Of a stretch of DNA of 64,000 nucleotides, positions 20,378 to 30,922 are shown in pieces. Within the stretch, counting starts at the first letter, position 1, and each line of letters opens with the position of its first letter. The notes beneath the pieces are model-generated. The model was not told where the DNA came from. It made no database searches and was given only the letters and a program-made list of their open reading frames with translations. A program made the position numbers and the translations under genes. Where the stretch lies: IMG/VR virus record IMGVR_UViG_3300032330_002160. One strand, 5' to 3'. The DNA is from an uncultured virus (IMG/VR IMGVR_UViG_3300032330_002160). Taxonomy: Duplodnaviria; Heunggongvirae; Uroviricota; Caudoviricetes.

Positions 20378-20664
20378 TCTCGCAGGTGGGACTCGAACCC
20401 ACAATCCCGTAAGGGCAACGGATTTTCTTACCACTTCGGCTTTAGCCGCCCATTTCTGGTTTGTGGTCTGGACTTTGCCTTCACCATAGCTTTTTTTTGC
20501 CTTAGGTGGGTGCCGTCAAGTCTCTACACCTTCCGAGTATTTCGGCTTGGCTCGGCGTTGCCATTTTACAGGTTTCGCCGACTTTGACACCTTATCGTTA
20601 AGAGTTTCCAGCTTAACGACTCAAATTATAAGTCCGTTATGTATACCAGTTCCATCACTACGAG
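20378..20664 (-). tRNA. trnL: tRNA-Leu(UAA) split by a group I intron
   Basis: 5' exon 20664-20630 ends ACGGACTT; 3' exon 20426-20378 starts AAAATCCGT; spliced loop CTTAAAA; long variable arm; GGTTCGAGTCC. Confidence 0.9.
20427..20629 (-). ncRNA. group I intron (IC3/trnL-like), 203 nt
   Basis: U^ 5' splice site, terminal G, IGS GAGTC; P AAAGTCGGCGAA, Q AACGCCGAGC, R GTAGAGACT, S AAAGTCC. Confidence 0.88.
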
Positions 20665-20672
20665 TTTTTTGA

Positions 20673-20957
20673 TCAATTGTAATTTCTGTAAATATCATCT
20701 TCATCTTCATCGTCATCATCTAAATAACTTTGCTCATGCTCATAACGATAATTATAATCTTCATCATAATAATCGTCTTCTTTTTGCTTTTTATCAGATC
20801 CTTCAAATTCATAATTAAAATCAACGCGATAATTATAAATTTGATTATTCATTTTTGTCTCCGCAATTTCGCATGCTTCTTGGAAAGATAAAGCATCAAC
20901 AGTAATTGTTTTAGTCGCATATACAGTTACTTTGATGTTATATTCTCTTTCTTTCAT
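20673..20957 (-). CDS. hypothetical protein with acidic tail
   Basis: AGGAG RBS, 94 aa. Confidence 0.65.
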   Translation of the reverse strand: MKEREYNIKVTVYATKTITVDALSFQEACEIAETKMNNQIYNYRVDFNYEFEGSDKKQKEDDYYDEDYNYRYEHEQSYLDDDDEDEDDIYRNYN

Positions 20958-20972
20958 CTCTTACTCCTAATT

Positions 20973-21046
20973 TAGGTCGTACAGGACTCGAACCTGTTGC
21001 CTATGTTTTAGAAAAACATTGCTCTATCCTGATGAGCTAACGACCC
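20973..21046 (-). tRNA. tRNA-Arg(UCU)
   Basis: GGGTCGT/ACGACCT acceptor; ATGTT TTTCTAA AACAT; GGTTCGAGTCC. Confidence 0.9.
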
Positions 21047-21096
21047 GAAAAAAAACGGCAGGGGATTTATTTTTATGCCGTTGTAATCTTTTGGTC

Positions 21097-21414
21097 TTAG
21101 CGTTCTACTGGCGTACCAGCATTGATGACAACGTTAACGGCTTGACCGGGAACGACTTCAACGTCAAGAGTAGCAAGAAGAGGTGCTTCGCCTTCACCAA
21201 TCTTAGCGTCGCAAGCAAAACGCACCTGAGCATTTCCTACCTTGCCAGTAGTAATAACTTCAGCGGCAAGACCGTTTTCAGAAGCTGTTACAAGGACAAC
21301 ACTTTCGTCAGAAGACGACCAAACACCGTTTTCTACTGGTGCCACATTTCCAGCGGCGTTAACAGGAGAAACAGACAAAGAAACCTTTTGACTATCTGTA
21401 AGAATCAAAGCCAT
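21097..21414 (-). CDS. Ig-like domain protein
   Basis: VWSSSDESV.LVT...GKVGNAQV pattern of Big domains. Confidence 0.7.
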   Translation of the reverse strand: MALILTDSQKVSLSVSPVNAAGNVAPVENGVWSSSDESVVLVTASENGLAAEVITTGKVGNAQVRFACDAKIGEGEAPLLATLDVEVVPGQAVNVVINAGTPVER

Positions 21415-21612
21415 AACTAACTCCTTATTGAAACTGGACCAACATTCATTTCAAGTTTAGTAAACAATTCTTTGGTGACCAAGGCTTCATACCTTGAAGA
21501 AAACCACCCAGAAACATACCACACTTGATCGCATTTCCATCCGTCTTTTGCAAACCTAATAATTTGCGAAAGAAGTTTTTCTTTATTCCGGACGGATATA
21601 ATTTTGTATTGT

Positions 21613-21936
21613 TTAACCGTTTGCATTGGTAATTGCCTGATTAATGCTATTAGTCAGCACATCTTGTGTAGACTTCTTAGCAGCCACAGCTTGGCATTCC
21701 CTTGCTAACCTACTAATGTGATCATGATCCAAAGATTTACGACCGCTACGAAGAGGGACATAATTGCATGACAATTCACGCAATTGAACTCCATTCTTTC
21801 TAAGCTGATTGCTACGCTTAAGAACATATTTTACATCAACACCAAGATTCTTGGCAAGTTCTTCAGCAGTAGAGGCTGAAGCATAATTCCTGACAAAATC
21901 TTCTGCGCTAATGTAAGTTTTGTTTTTCCTAGTCAT
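21613..21936 (-). CDS. HTH protein
   Basis: EELAKNLGV..YV.KR..QLRKNGVQL; similar to the adjacent ORF. Confidence 0.65.
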   Translation of the reverse strand: MTRKNKTYISAEDFVRNYASASTAEELAKNLGVDVKYVLKRSNQLRKNGVQLRELSCNYVPLRSGRKSLDHDHISRLARECQAVAAKKSTQDVLTNSINQAITNANG

Positions 21937-21996
21937 TTTTTTCTCCTATAACTACTTGGTTGACACAATATTATTTTACCAAAAAAATTGATAAAA

Positions 21997-22248
21997 TCAA
22001 GCTTTTTTAATTTTTTTTGTGACGGTCGAATAACCAGATTCTTTAATCATGTTGTTCAAATGATCGACGTTAATAGTCATCTTATCTTTTTGTTGTCCAA
22101 ATTTTGGCAACTGGACTCCAGCATCACGAATCATCTTAATCCTGCGAGCAGCATAAGATTGAACAATCTTTAGTTTTTTAGCAGTAAGCTTAACGCTTTT
22201 GAGTTCAAGATAAGTCTTGACAAGCATTTCGTTGGTAACAGATCCCAT
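21997..22248 (-). CDS. HTH protein, paralog of 21613-21936
   Basis: TAKKLKI..YAARR...RDAGVQL; AAGGA RBS before MGSV. Confidence 0.6.
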   Translation of the reverse strand: MGSVTNEMLVKTYLELKSVKLTAKKLKIVQSYAARRIKMIRDAGVQLPKFGQQKDKMTINVDHLNNMIKESGYSTVTKKIKKA

Positions 22249-22445
22249 TGCAATATCCTTCATAAAAAAGTTAAACAGTTGACCCAATACTATTCCACTT
22301 TCGCCCCGAATAAATTTCATCAAAATCTTTTTTTGCCTCTTTGACCACACGGTCCAAATCTTTCAAGCGACGAATTTCCCTGATTGCATCAAGGTTCGTG
22401 TTAACGCCCAACAATTCAAAATAATACTTTACTTCTTCGCTCATT

Positions 22446-22922
22446 TTAAAACCACCATTTTCTATATTTGTTTAAAATAATATCTAGTCCTTCTTTTAAT
22501 AAATTATCATCTTTGGCTATACCTTCCATGGTAACTCTCAACAAGTCTGCTTTATATTCTTTTTTTTGTTCTTCGGTTTCAATTTTTGATCTATTGATAA
22601 TGAGTTGTTTGAATGGTTTGTCATCAGTAAAATGTATAATAAATTTACCATATTTTTCTTCTAAGTATTTTAACGAAGCCAATTTATTTGTTTCATTTAA
22701 AGCAGCATCAATAAGGTCGGCAGCACGACCCATGTCGGCAGCATCTTTATGACTTGATTCGTGACGATCATGATCAACCATTGCTTTTTCATGCATTCTC
22801 AATTTAAATATAAGAGCATCAAATATTTGAATGTAATCATAGTCATTGTCGTTCCATCCAAATTTTGCCCACTTATATGATCTAACAATTTTTTCCCAAT
22901 AAATATTAATCCAGTTTAACAT
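22446..22922 (-). CDS. hypothetical phage protein
   Basis: GWNDNDYDY...KYRKWWF. Confidence 0.65.
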   Translation of the reverse strand: MLNWINIYWEKIVRSYKWAKFGWNDNDYDYIQIFDALIFKLRMHEKAMVDHDRHESSHKDAADMGRAADLIDAALNETNKLASLKYLEEKYGKFIIHFTDDKPFKQLIINRSKIETEEQKKEYKADLLRVTMEGIAKDDNLLKEGLDIILNKYRKWWF

Positions 22923-23367
22923 TTTTCGGTTTCCTTCCACGTTTTTTTGCGATAATAATATTTTCTATTTTTGTTGGAGTAATACCACGCTCTAAATCTT
23001 TTAAACGCTTAATTTCAGCTGCTGCGACACTAGGAGATGTCGTTCCAAGCATTTCGCTTATCTCGTCACACAATCGCGTTCCTCTAGGCCAGAATGCCTC
23101 TCCACGCCCTACTGGCGTGTTAGTCATGTGATCGTCGTGCAATTGATCAAACTGCCTTCCGCTTCCATCCTTGGCCCATATGGTGTTTTCGCTAATTGTA
23201 TCTGGTTTTAGCTTAACTCCCATTTTAACCAATTGTTCTACATTATCATTATAGATAGCAACAGCAGCACTCATTCTTCCATCAGCATAACGCCTTGCCA
23301 TCCATGATAAATCAATACATATTTGCCTAAGTTGATTATTTTCTGCAATCAATTGTTTCTTATTCAT
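22906..23367 (-). CDS. hypothetical phage protein
   Basis: WMARRYADGRMS motif; start set at MNKK. Confidence 0.6.
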   Translation of the reverse strand: MNKKQLIAENNQLRQICIDLSWMARRYADGRMSAAVAIYNDNVEQLVKMGVKLKPDTISENTIWAKDGSGRQFDQLHDDHMTNTPVGRGEAFWPRGTRLCDEISEMLGTTSPSVAAAEIKRLKDLERGITPTKIENIIIAKKRGRKPKNVKLD

Positions 23368-24939
23368 AAATACTTTCCACCATGACAGAAATTTCCAGAT
23401 ATTTACGTTCTGAAAAAGATACTGCATCTAACCACTCCAAAACGGAAGAGCATTCTATCTCAGGATTAAAAATTATATTGGTATGGATCCCAAATCCAAA
23501 CCAAAGTCGATAGCCAGCTTCCTCTTTTTCAAGATAGAACCTTTTTGTTTTCTTACATAAGGGATGTCTATCAATTTTATCCGATTCTTTGACGGTCTTT
23601 GAGAAAAAAATCAAATTTGCCGATTGTGGCATTTTTGACCCTGCCCCAAAAATAAATTTTATCCCATGATTGCATAATTCGTTAAAATTACTGCTGATTG
23701 GAGTATTATCTGGCCAAAAAAATTGAATTTGGTTTTCTCCAACCTTAATCATTTTTACTTTAATTTGTCTCCACATTATTTCGCCACCATTTCGTCAAGC
23801 CAGAAATTACCCAATGATAAAAAACCCATTGGTTCATTATTAGAGAAAATTTTTGCACCGTATGCTTTTCTCCAACGCCTAGCAAAATCTAGCATTTCAT
23901 AATAGTCTTCAAATTCTATATCGCTTTTTAGTTTATTGCAAAATAGAATAGACATTTTTCCCTTTCTATTTGGAATCTTATAAAAATTAATTGTTTCAAT
24001 CTCATATTCAATAGCCCAACGCTTTACTCCGTTAATGCTTTTTGATTCTTTAACAATAGAATTGTTTTCATCTTTTAATAAATACATTTACCACTCTCTC
24101 TTAATACCGTTAATTATTTCAATATTCTGTATCGGCTTGTTGCAATTGTATGGATCAACTTTTGTTTTTACGTCGCAAAAAGTTGTCCATTTCCCATTTC
24201 CAGCACAACCAATACAGAAAAACGCTGTTCCAAACAATATCTTACGCATTTTTACTTTTCCTTAAAAGGCGACAATCTTGTACTTCGCATTGGCCTTCAG
24301 AAAAATCGCCGTTAGATGGTTGCATTTCAACCACATAAAACGCATGCTTAATCTGCTTCATTGTAAAATAAATAGATTCTCGTTGTAATTTTTTATCGTT
24401 AATCAAATCCATACATATTGATCTTTGAATTTTATTGATGAATTTGTTGATGTGCTTGAAAGCCTCATCTGGATTTGCCCCTTCTGCTTTGAATTTATAG
24501 TAAGTGGGTGTGTCTTCCTCAGTAGCCCTACACATAACAATCGCTTTGTAAATCATAAACAGTCCTCCTTATAAGTAGTATTCCACAGATCCAATTAATA
24601 AATTTCATCCATAATCTTAAACCAGTCACCAACAGATTCATCAGGTAAACGATTAATTGTTGTAAACCATTTATTTATTCTATTATCTTTATCTAATTGT
24701 TGAATAGCTTTTGATATTTGAGAAATTTCATTTTGCACTTCGATAAAACATTTTTTATTTCCGTGCCTGAGCCGAAATTCAATTTTTCGCATTTTTCTAA
24801 AAACTCCCCTTTGTTTTTGTTAAAAAATTGGTTATGTCTACATTCAGGAAAGCTAAAAGATCTAAGTCTAGAGAGGGAATGAACTAAGTTCATTCTACAA
24901 AGTAAAGGAGGGAGACAAGCTCCCTCCTGAAGATATAAG

Positions 24940-25389
24940 TTAGTTACCGAAAAGCTGGCAATGATACCAGACACCATTAGCACCAGCTCCGATACCTACT
25001 CTAGTCCAAGATGAGTCTAACATATTAATTCTGTGTGGAGTAGATCTCATCCAAGAGGTTCTAACCACATCATTGTGAAAATATCCATAAGCAATATTCT
25101 CACCAACAGCATTGGGATATCCGAATTGAACAGCGCGACCACCGGGTGTTGAGCGATTCAATACATGGCTCATAATCCTAGTATTAGCCATATTTGAAGC
25201 ATGGAATCTGGCAGCTTTACAAAGTCGCAGATCTAATGTCAAACGATTTAAGCCAGCTTCCTCTCGGACATCATTTGTCTCCTTAAAAATAATTAACTCA
25301 TCTTGGGTTGGCATATACTGCCAGTTGTCATATAAATAGAATGCGTCGTTAGCAAAAGCCATAACAAAAGTAAAAAAGAATCCTAACAT
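24940..25389 (-). CDS. CAP/SCP domain protein with signal peptide
   Basis: AARFHA.NMA..MSH..GENIA..WMRS.PHR.NML..VGIG. Confidence 0.88.
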   Translation of the reverse strand: MLGFFFTFVMAFANDAFYLYDNWQYMPTQDELIIFKETNDVREEAGLNRLTLDLRLCKAARFHASNMANTRIMSHVLNRSTPGGRAVQFGYPNAVGENIAYGYFHNDVVRTSWMRSTPHRINMLDSSWTRVGIGAGANGVWYHCQLFGN

Positions 25390-26401
25390 AAAATCCTCCT
25401 TGAAAAAAACAAAAAAACAAAACTACAATTGAATATTCTTAATCTTAAGAATAGTTTTTGCCATAGTCATGCAAAGCTCTTCGTAGAAATGACTTTTTTT
25501 CATCCAGCAAGTTGCTTCGTCAAGACTTCTCCATTCTTTTTCAATTTTTTTAACTTTTCCATTTGCAAATTTTTCAAATTCGTCAATGGATTCCATTGAA
25601 AGTAAATTTGGTTCAGTAATTGCTGCAATAATTCTGAGCGTACTAATTTTGTTGTTCATTTAATTCTCCTTCGATAGCAATCGTAATGTCATTTGTCAAA
25701 TTGTATTCGTCTTTACCGTCAAGAGAATTTATAATTTCTTTTTCTATTACCTTGAATCCAGAATTTTTTACTTCCTGAATTACAGCTTCGTAAGCTTCTT
25801 TTTTAGTCGCGTGGGATTTTCTTTTTACAAGCCAAGGAATTCCTGCGAATTCTTCATATAAAGATACATTGTAGTAATCAAAAAACTTAGACATGTTTCC
25901 TCCTTAGTCGTTGAATGCCTTACATAAGCATTCCACTTTCTGGAGGAAAAAATTTCAATTACTCTTCCCACAAATTTACATTATCTTTAAACTTAAAAAA
26001 ATCAGATTCGCCATATCTTTCAATAATTTCTTCTTTATTCCTAATTTTAAGTTCAATCAACTTATTATTTATAAATTTAAATACTTGAATATTATCAAGC
26101 TCTTCAACGCCTTGACATTTAACTGCTAGAATACAATTACTTTTACTTTTATGTAATTTAAAAGAAGGATTTCTTACCGATATATATGTTGCGTATGTTG
26201 GATTTTTTACAATCTTTCGATGTTTTCCCATCTTATCGCCCTTTTCTCTTGGACTTATATTTGTCAGACCGAGGAACCCCCGGTCTAACATTTTCTTTTC
26301 TATGAGGCTTTCAGTAATCGCAAAAGCCCATCTTTTTGCAAACGGCTTTCCAATATTTTTTATTCCAGTTTGGATTTGCTTTTCCCATTACTAACTCCAT
26401 A

Positions 26402-26737
26402 TTAGGAAAATAATAGAAAACACAATAGCCACAACTGGAAAAAAACTAGTGCAATTCCAACAACTATACCCATGCGCTTATTTGCAATGTAAGTTCTTTT
26501 CCAGATAGCCAAAGCCATAAAGTTACAGAATGTTTTTACTGCTACAAACATAGAAACATCTGTAGTATCATGTTTTCTGTCATGCCATATTAGCATTCTC
26601 CCTATTTCATTTTTTTCCATCCAGTACATACCATCTTGGTAATAGATAGTAAAAAAAATATCTATTGAACAAATTGAAGCAACAATAATATATTTTGCCC
26701 AAAATGTATACTCAGAATTAAGTATTTTTTTTGGCAT
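26402..26737 (-). CDS. membrane protein (DUF5658-like)
   Basis: TM-D...EKNEIG...K-TM-TM pattern. Confidence 0.55.
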   Translation of the reverse strand: MPKKILNSEYTFWAKYIIVASICSIDIFFTIYYQDGMYWMEKNEIGRMLIWHDRKHDTTDVSMFVAVKTFCNFMALAIWKRTYIANKRMGIVVGIALVFFQLWLLCFLLFS

Positions 26738-27080
26738 GATATAATTTTAAATAATTCCAAAATAAGAAAAAACTTTTTGGAATACGCTTGGGCGATTTAT
26801 TTTTTCCCAAATGTTATTTATTTCTTTTGACAAGAAAATATTTTCTTGTGTTAGCAATTGGTTTTGCTCAATTAATTCTTCAATATTAGATTTTTGAATT
26901 TCAATTTCAATATTGATCTGGTGCAAAGAATTAAGGATATCAGAAACACTTTCAGAATTATCAATTCTTTTTCCATTATCCAAAATTCTTTGGTCTACAA
27001 CTTCTTCAATAACAGAACTCAAAGAGTTTGCCAAATTTCCAAGACTGCTAATCATAAAAATCTCCTTAAAGTAAAAAAAA

Positions 27081-27167
27081 TGGGCCGTGAAGGAATTGAA
27101 CCTTTTGGAAGCCACCACACTATTATTAGTCCAGACGATTTACAGTCGTCCGTGTGGAACACAACCC
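27081..27167 (-). tRNA. non-canonical tRNA-Tyr(GUA)-like RNA
   Basis: Acceptor GGGTTGTG/CACGGCCC-A; anticodon arm GACGA CTGTAAA TCGTC; T-arm AAGG TTCAATT CCTT; no D stem; large variable region. Confidence 0.7.
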
Positions 27168-27177
27168 TATACCATAA

Positions 27178-27399
27178 TTATGTATTGTTCTGTGGGATAG
27201 GAACAATATTTGTAGGCCTTACCGCTGGGGGATAAACTGGTGGCTGTAGCGTCGGCGGTGCAGGCGTTACAATTGGAGCAGGTGGTGCCGGTGCAGGCGC
27301 AGGAGCTAAAATAATTGCCCCCGGAGGAGGTTGATCAACAATTTTATTTGTAGATGTACAACCGACCAAACAACACAAGAAAATGAATTTACTTTTCAT
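27178..27399 (-). CDS. Pro-rich putative lipoprotein
   Basis: MKSKFIFLCCLVGC lipobox-like start; PAPAPAPP tail. Confidence 0.55.
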   Translation of the reverse strand: MKSKFIFLCCLVGCTSTNKIVDQPPPGAIILAPAPAPAPPAPIVTPAPPTLQPPVYPPAVRPTNIVPIPQNNT

Positions 27400-28048
27400 T
27401 AGATTGCAACTCCGCTTTCCTCTCAAAAACATTAGCGTTTACTCCTGTTGGTTTAAAATGAATCATTTGAGCCGACTTCTCATCGTCTGACATTCCTTCA
27501 AAATTTATAATTGTCACATCGCCAGAAACAGTTAACCCATTAAAGTTAATTGATCCGTTGATCTTATTTACAAATTTTGAATTTACTGAAACTCTTTTTA
27601 ACTTCCTTACCTTGCCGTCTGGACAGAATGCTGTACATGCGGTAGGGATATTCCAAGGCCCTGAAGTTTCAAAAGACGTTCCAAAAGCGTGTTCCACTAT
27701 AACTTTCATATTTCCTCCTTAGTTATATTCCACATATGTCCGAAAAAAATTTCAATCGTCTTTCACAATAATTGGATCAGACATTTTTACAAAGTACGAC
27801 AAAATCATTTTGTATCCATATTGATTTTCTCGCAATTTATAAATATTAATTCTCCAACAATTGTCGAAAACATTAATTGGGTTAATCTTGTCATAAGACG
27901 GTTTTGAACCCAAATGTTCCCAGAGTGCTTTCAAAACCATTTCTGATTTATCGGCTTTCTTTGGATTTTCCCTTTTAACTTCTTCTTTCGTCGCAACCAT
28001 TGTTCAGCCCTCCTTATGATTATATTCCACTTTTAACTGCAAAATATT

Positions 28049-28675
28049 TCAAAAAGATTTTATTAAACTAATTGTTTGATTGATATCAACACAAATAAAT
28101 TTGGTTTGACCAAATTGCTTTTGCTTTCTTTTGTGCATATGGCCAAATATATGTAATTCCGGAGAATGAATTTCGTGCATTGCGTCCAAACAATGCTCCG
28201 TTAAACCAAAAGGCATTCTTGGATTACAAAACCATTCAATAGCAAAAGCTGGCGGTGAATGGCTTAGAATTACATCTGGTTTATATTGTCCATATAAATC
28301 CAGTGCCTCTCTCATTTTAACCATAGTTAATTGTTCGTCAGCCCACCAATCAATTCCTACGGTCCTTAATTGTTTATCAATACTATCTGCGCCGCGAATA
28401 TAGAATATTTTTATTACACGGTCTGCATTTAATTCAAATGTTCCAAAATCTCCAAGATAGTGGGGAATATCTACAATTAAATCATAATTGTCATGATTTC
28501 CCCCAAGCACCTTATGATAATTTGGATCGTGTTTTTTCAACGAGTCGTAATTAAATCCAAAATCGCCAAGCTGAATAGTGAAATAATTCTTTTTTGCGCA
28601 GCGATCATGTTTTGCATAATCTCCATGAATATCTCCAAGAAGATGGATATCTTTTACATCGTCTGGCAATTTCAT
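28049..28675 (-). CDS. calcineurin-like metallophosphoesterase
   Basis: GDIHG, LGDFG, GNHD, SH.PP and FGHMH motifs. Confidence 0.9.
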   Translation of the reverse strand: MKLPDDVKDIHLLGDIHGDYAKHDRCAKKNYFTIQLGDFGFNYDSLKKHDPNYHKVLGGNHDNYDLIVDIPHYLGDFGTFELNADRVIKIFYIRGADSIDKQLRTVGIDWWADEQLTMVKMREALDLYGQYKPDVILSHSPPAFAIEWFCNPRMPFGLTEHCLDAMHEIHSPELHIFGHMHKRKQKQFGQTKFICVDINQTISLIKSF

Positions 28676-28862
28676 TTAATTTACCACCGTTTTGATTAGT
28701 TTTCTTTTCCCATTTCTAATTTGCCATACTTTACCATTCCACAAATTAATTCCCAAAGCATAGGAAATAAAATTAGTGGTCAAGCGAAATTTCTTCTTTG
28801 ACCAGTAATATTTTCCAGTAATCAAATAAGTGTCGCCCTCAATATGATCAATCATAATTTTA

Positions 28863-29336
28863 TTACTCCTTTTCGTGTGTTACCCAGAAATAATTACATT
28901 TGCTGCAACACGGCTTATTGAATTTATCCGTAACCGCATCTTTGTATTTGTGGTAATAGATAGGATCTTTCTTATAAAGATTGGCCCGATGTGTCGTAAT
29001 TACACGATTTACTTTTTCTACATCGCTAAACCAATCTGGATATTTTTGTCCCCAATTATGCTGATGCTCTAATTCTAGGGCGTTAATGTTTTCTTCATTC
29101 TTGTCGGTTTTAATTCCGCGAACTTTTGCTTCCTCAATCATGGTGCGAATATATTTAACTAAAGTCTTTTCACAATTGGTCCACATTAAAGTAGCTGGAT
29201 GCCTTGACCATGCTTTGCCTTTTGTAGACAAAACTTTAAGAATTTGATAGCCTTCTAAAATTTGTTTGTTTAATCTTTTGCTGTCTAAAGATTGGGCGCA
29301 TACAGCAAAACTAGTCGATGGCAAAAACGTCTGCAT
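28863..29336 (-). CDS. pyrimidine-dimer DNA glycosylase family (MSMEG_6728-like)
   Basis: MQTFLP..LDSKRLNKQ.LE..Q, HPA..MW, THRANL.KKDP.YY. Confidence 0.85.
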   Translation of the reverse strand: MQTFLPSTSFAVCAQSLDSKRLNKQILEGYQILKVLSTKGKAWSRHPATLMWTNCEKTLVKYIRTMIEEAKVRGIKTDKNEENINALELEHQHNWGQKYPDWFSDVEKVNRVITTHRANLYKKDPIYYHKYKDAVTDKFNKPCCSKCNYFWVTHEKE

Positions 29337-29391
29337 AAATCCTCCTGCGTGTTAGTTTACAAAACTATTCCACGCAGAAGGGGAGGATATT

Positions 29392-30117
29392 TCAAATTTT
29401 ATTTAGGATATTCCATGCGAAAACAACCACTGCTGGAACTTGTGCATTTCCAATACATTTAAGTCGGTCCACCCTACGGGGAATGCCATGAGCCATTCTG
29501 TCCAATTGGGGTTCAACAAACATTTTTGACCAAGGGAATTCTTTGTCCCTATTAATTCCCTCATCCTCTCCGGAAGTCCTTTTTGTTTGCTGTTTGGCCC
29601 CCTCATCTTGTAGTCTGACGCTAGAGGGGTAGGCCAATATCCAAATTCTTTTTCTTCTGTGCGCAAAGCCTGCGTCATTAGCTCCGATAATTCCCCATTT
29701 TGCATCATACCCCAACCTGACAAGATCATGCAATACGAATGATAATCCCTTTCTAACAAGGTTTGGTGAGTTTTCCGCCAAGACAAATTTTGGTTTAACT
29801 TCCCCAATAATTCTTGCCATTTCTGACCACAATCCTGATCGTTCTCCAGTAATTCCTTTTCCTTTTCCTGCTGAACTGATATCTTGACATGGGAATCCTC
29901 CGGTAATGATATCAATTGATCCATTCCATGGTTTTCCATTGAAAGTTTTGATGTCATCCCAAATTGGGAATCGTTCAAGCATTCCGTCTCTTTGTCTTGC
30001 CAACAAACATTTTCTTGCGTAGGGATCAATTTCAACAGCGCATTTGGTGCGCCATCCAAGGAGCTTCCCTCCCAAGATTCCTCCGCCTGCCCCTGCAAAT
30101 AATGCCAGCTCATTCAT
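29392..30117 (-). CDS. C5 cytosine DNA methyltransferase, large chain (motifs I-VIII and X)
   Basis: LFAGAGG, GGFPCQ, ENS, HRRKRIW and RLKCIGNAQVP motifs. Confidence 0.92.
   Translation of the reverse strand: MNELALFAGAGGGILGGKLLGWRTKCAVEIDPYARKCLLARQRDGMLERFPIWDDIKTFNGKPWNGSIDIITGGFPCQDISSAGKGKGITGERSGLWSEMARIIGEVKPKFVLAENSPNLVRKGLSFVLHDLVRLGYDAKWGIIGANDAGFAHRRKRIWILAYPSSVRLQDEGAKQQTKRTSGEDEGINRDKEFPWSKMFVEPQLDRMAHGIPRRVDRLKCIGNAQVPAVVVFAWNILNKI
29403..30113 (-). CDS. overlapping-frame partner chain of the methyltransferase (TRD and motif IX)
   Basis: 236 codons without a stop; WPTPLASD and LNPNWTEWLMAFPVGWT (motif IX-like). Confidence 0.7.
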   Translation of the reverse strand: MSWHYLQGQAEESWEGSSLDGAPNALLKLIPTQENVCWQDKETECLNDSQFGMTSKLSMENHGMDQLISLPEDSHVKISVQQEKEKELLENDQDCGQKWQELLGKLNQNLSWRKTHQTLLERDYHSYCMILSGWGMMQNGELSELMTQALRTEEKEFGYWPTPLASDYKMRGPNSKQKGLPERMRELIGTKNSLGQKCLLNPNWTEWLMAFPVGWTDLNVLEMHKFQQWLFSHGIS

Positions 30118-30469
30118 TGCCCACCTAATTTAATTGATCCCACTTAATCTTTAATGGGTGATGATTCTCAATGTAAACAGCTTCAAAGTTTGCAAACCAG
30201 CTTCCATTTTTTCTCTTTTCTATCCATTCATTTAATTCATCTTCTTTCATGTCAATCGTTTCTTTAATTGCTTTTTTGCTTATAATTATTTTGATTTGGA
30301 TTACGCCTTCCGGACTAACGACATCTGGTTCTTCTCGTCTCCAGTAGCCTTTTGGTCCACAGTGTCCGCCAAAGTCATCTTCTTCGTTTTCGTTCATTTT
30401 GCCACCTGAACCACCCGGCTTAGGTAATTTTGGTGGAGTACCTTTTGTGCATTTGTCATGGCATTTTCC

Positions 30470-30922
30470 TTAAATTTCAAAAACTGTTACGAAGATTCCC
30501 TGATTGACCCAAAAATCTTGAATCAAACATTCAATAAACCTCCAGTTGCCCCCGGCCAACCCCGAACCAAATTTAGGGCAGTAAATTTCAAAATTAAAAA
30601 TTTTACATTGTTCAGAAACAAAATTCATACATCTGCATAATGAATCATATCTAAGTGGTCGTTCACCACCAACTTTATGTTGAGCTATCATATTAGCAAC
30701 ATATGTATTTTGTCCTACCTGATGCATAATAGTAACGCCCAATTTATTGTATTCTAGTTTAAATTCGTCAAGGTAAGCTTTTTTAGCTTCTGGGTATTTT
30801 TTTCCAAGGGGAACCACAAACCCGGCCCCCCACAAACCAAGATCATTGCAAACATGAGGAATCATAATCCTTTTGTTGCTATCAATATAATTAAACAAAT
30901 CACCTTTTACATATTTAATCAT
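30470..30922 (-). CDS. macro domain protein (ADP-ribose binding or hydrolysis)
   Basis: VKGDLF..HVCN..G.WGAGF..PKFGSGLAGG.W. Confidence 0.88.
   Translation of the reverse strand: MIKYVKGDLFNYIDSNKRIMIPHVCNDLGLWGAGFVVPLGKKYPEAKKAYLDEFKLEYNKLGVTIMHQVGQNTYVANMIAQHKVGGERPLRYDSLCRCMNFVSEQCKIFNFEIYCPKFGSGLAGGNWRFIECLIQDFWVNQGIFVTVFEI

Noticed and set aside
20124..20489. ORF 20256-20489 and the N-terminal extension of 20124-20402
   Set aside because: Both overlap the tRNA-Leu exon or intron; the real gene probably starts at MINC (20360)
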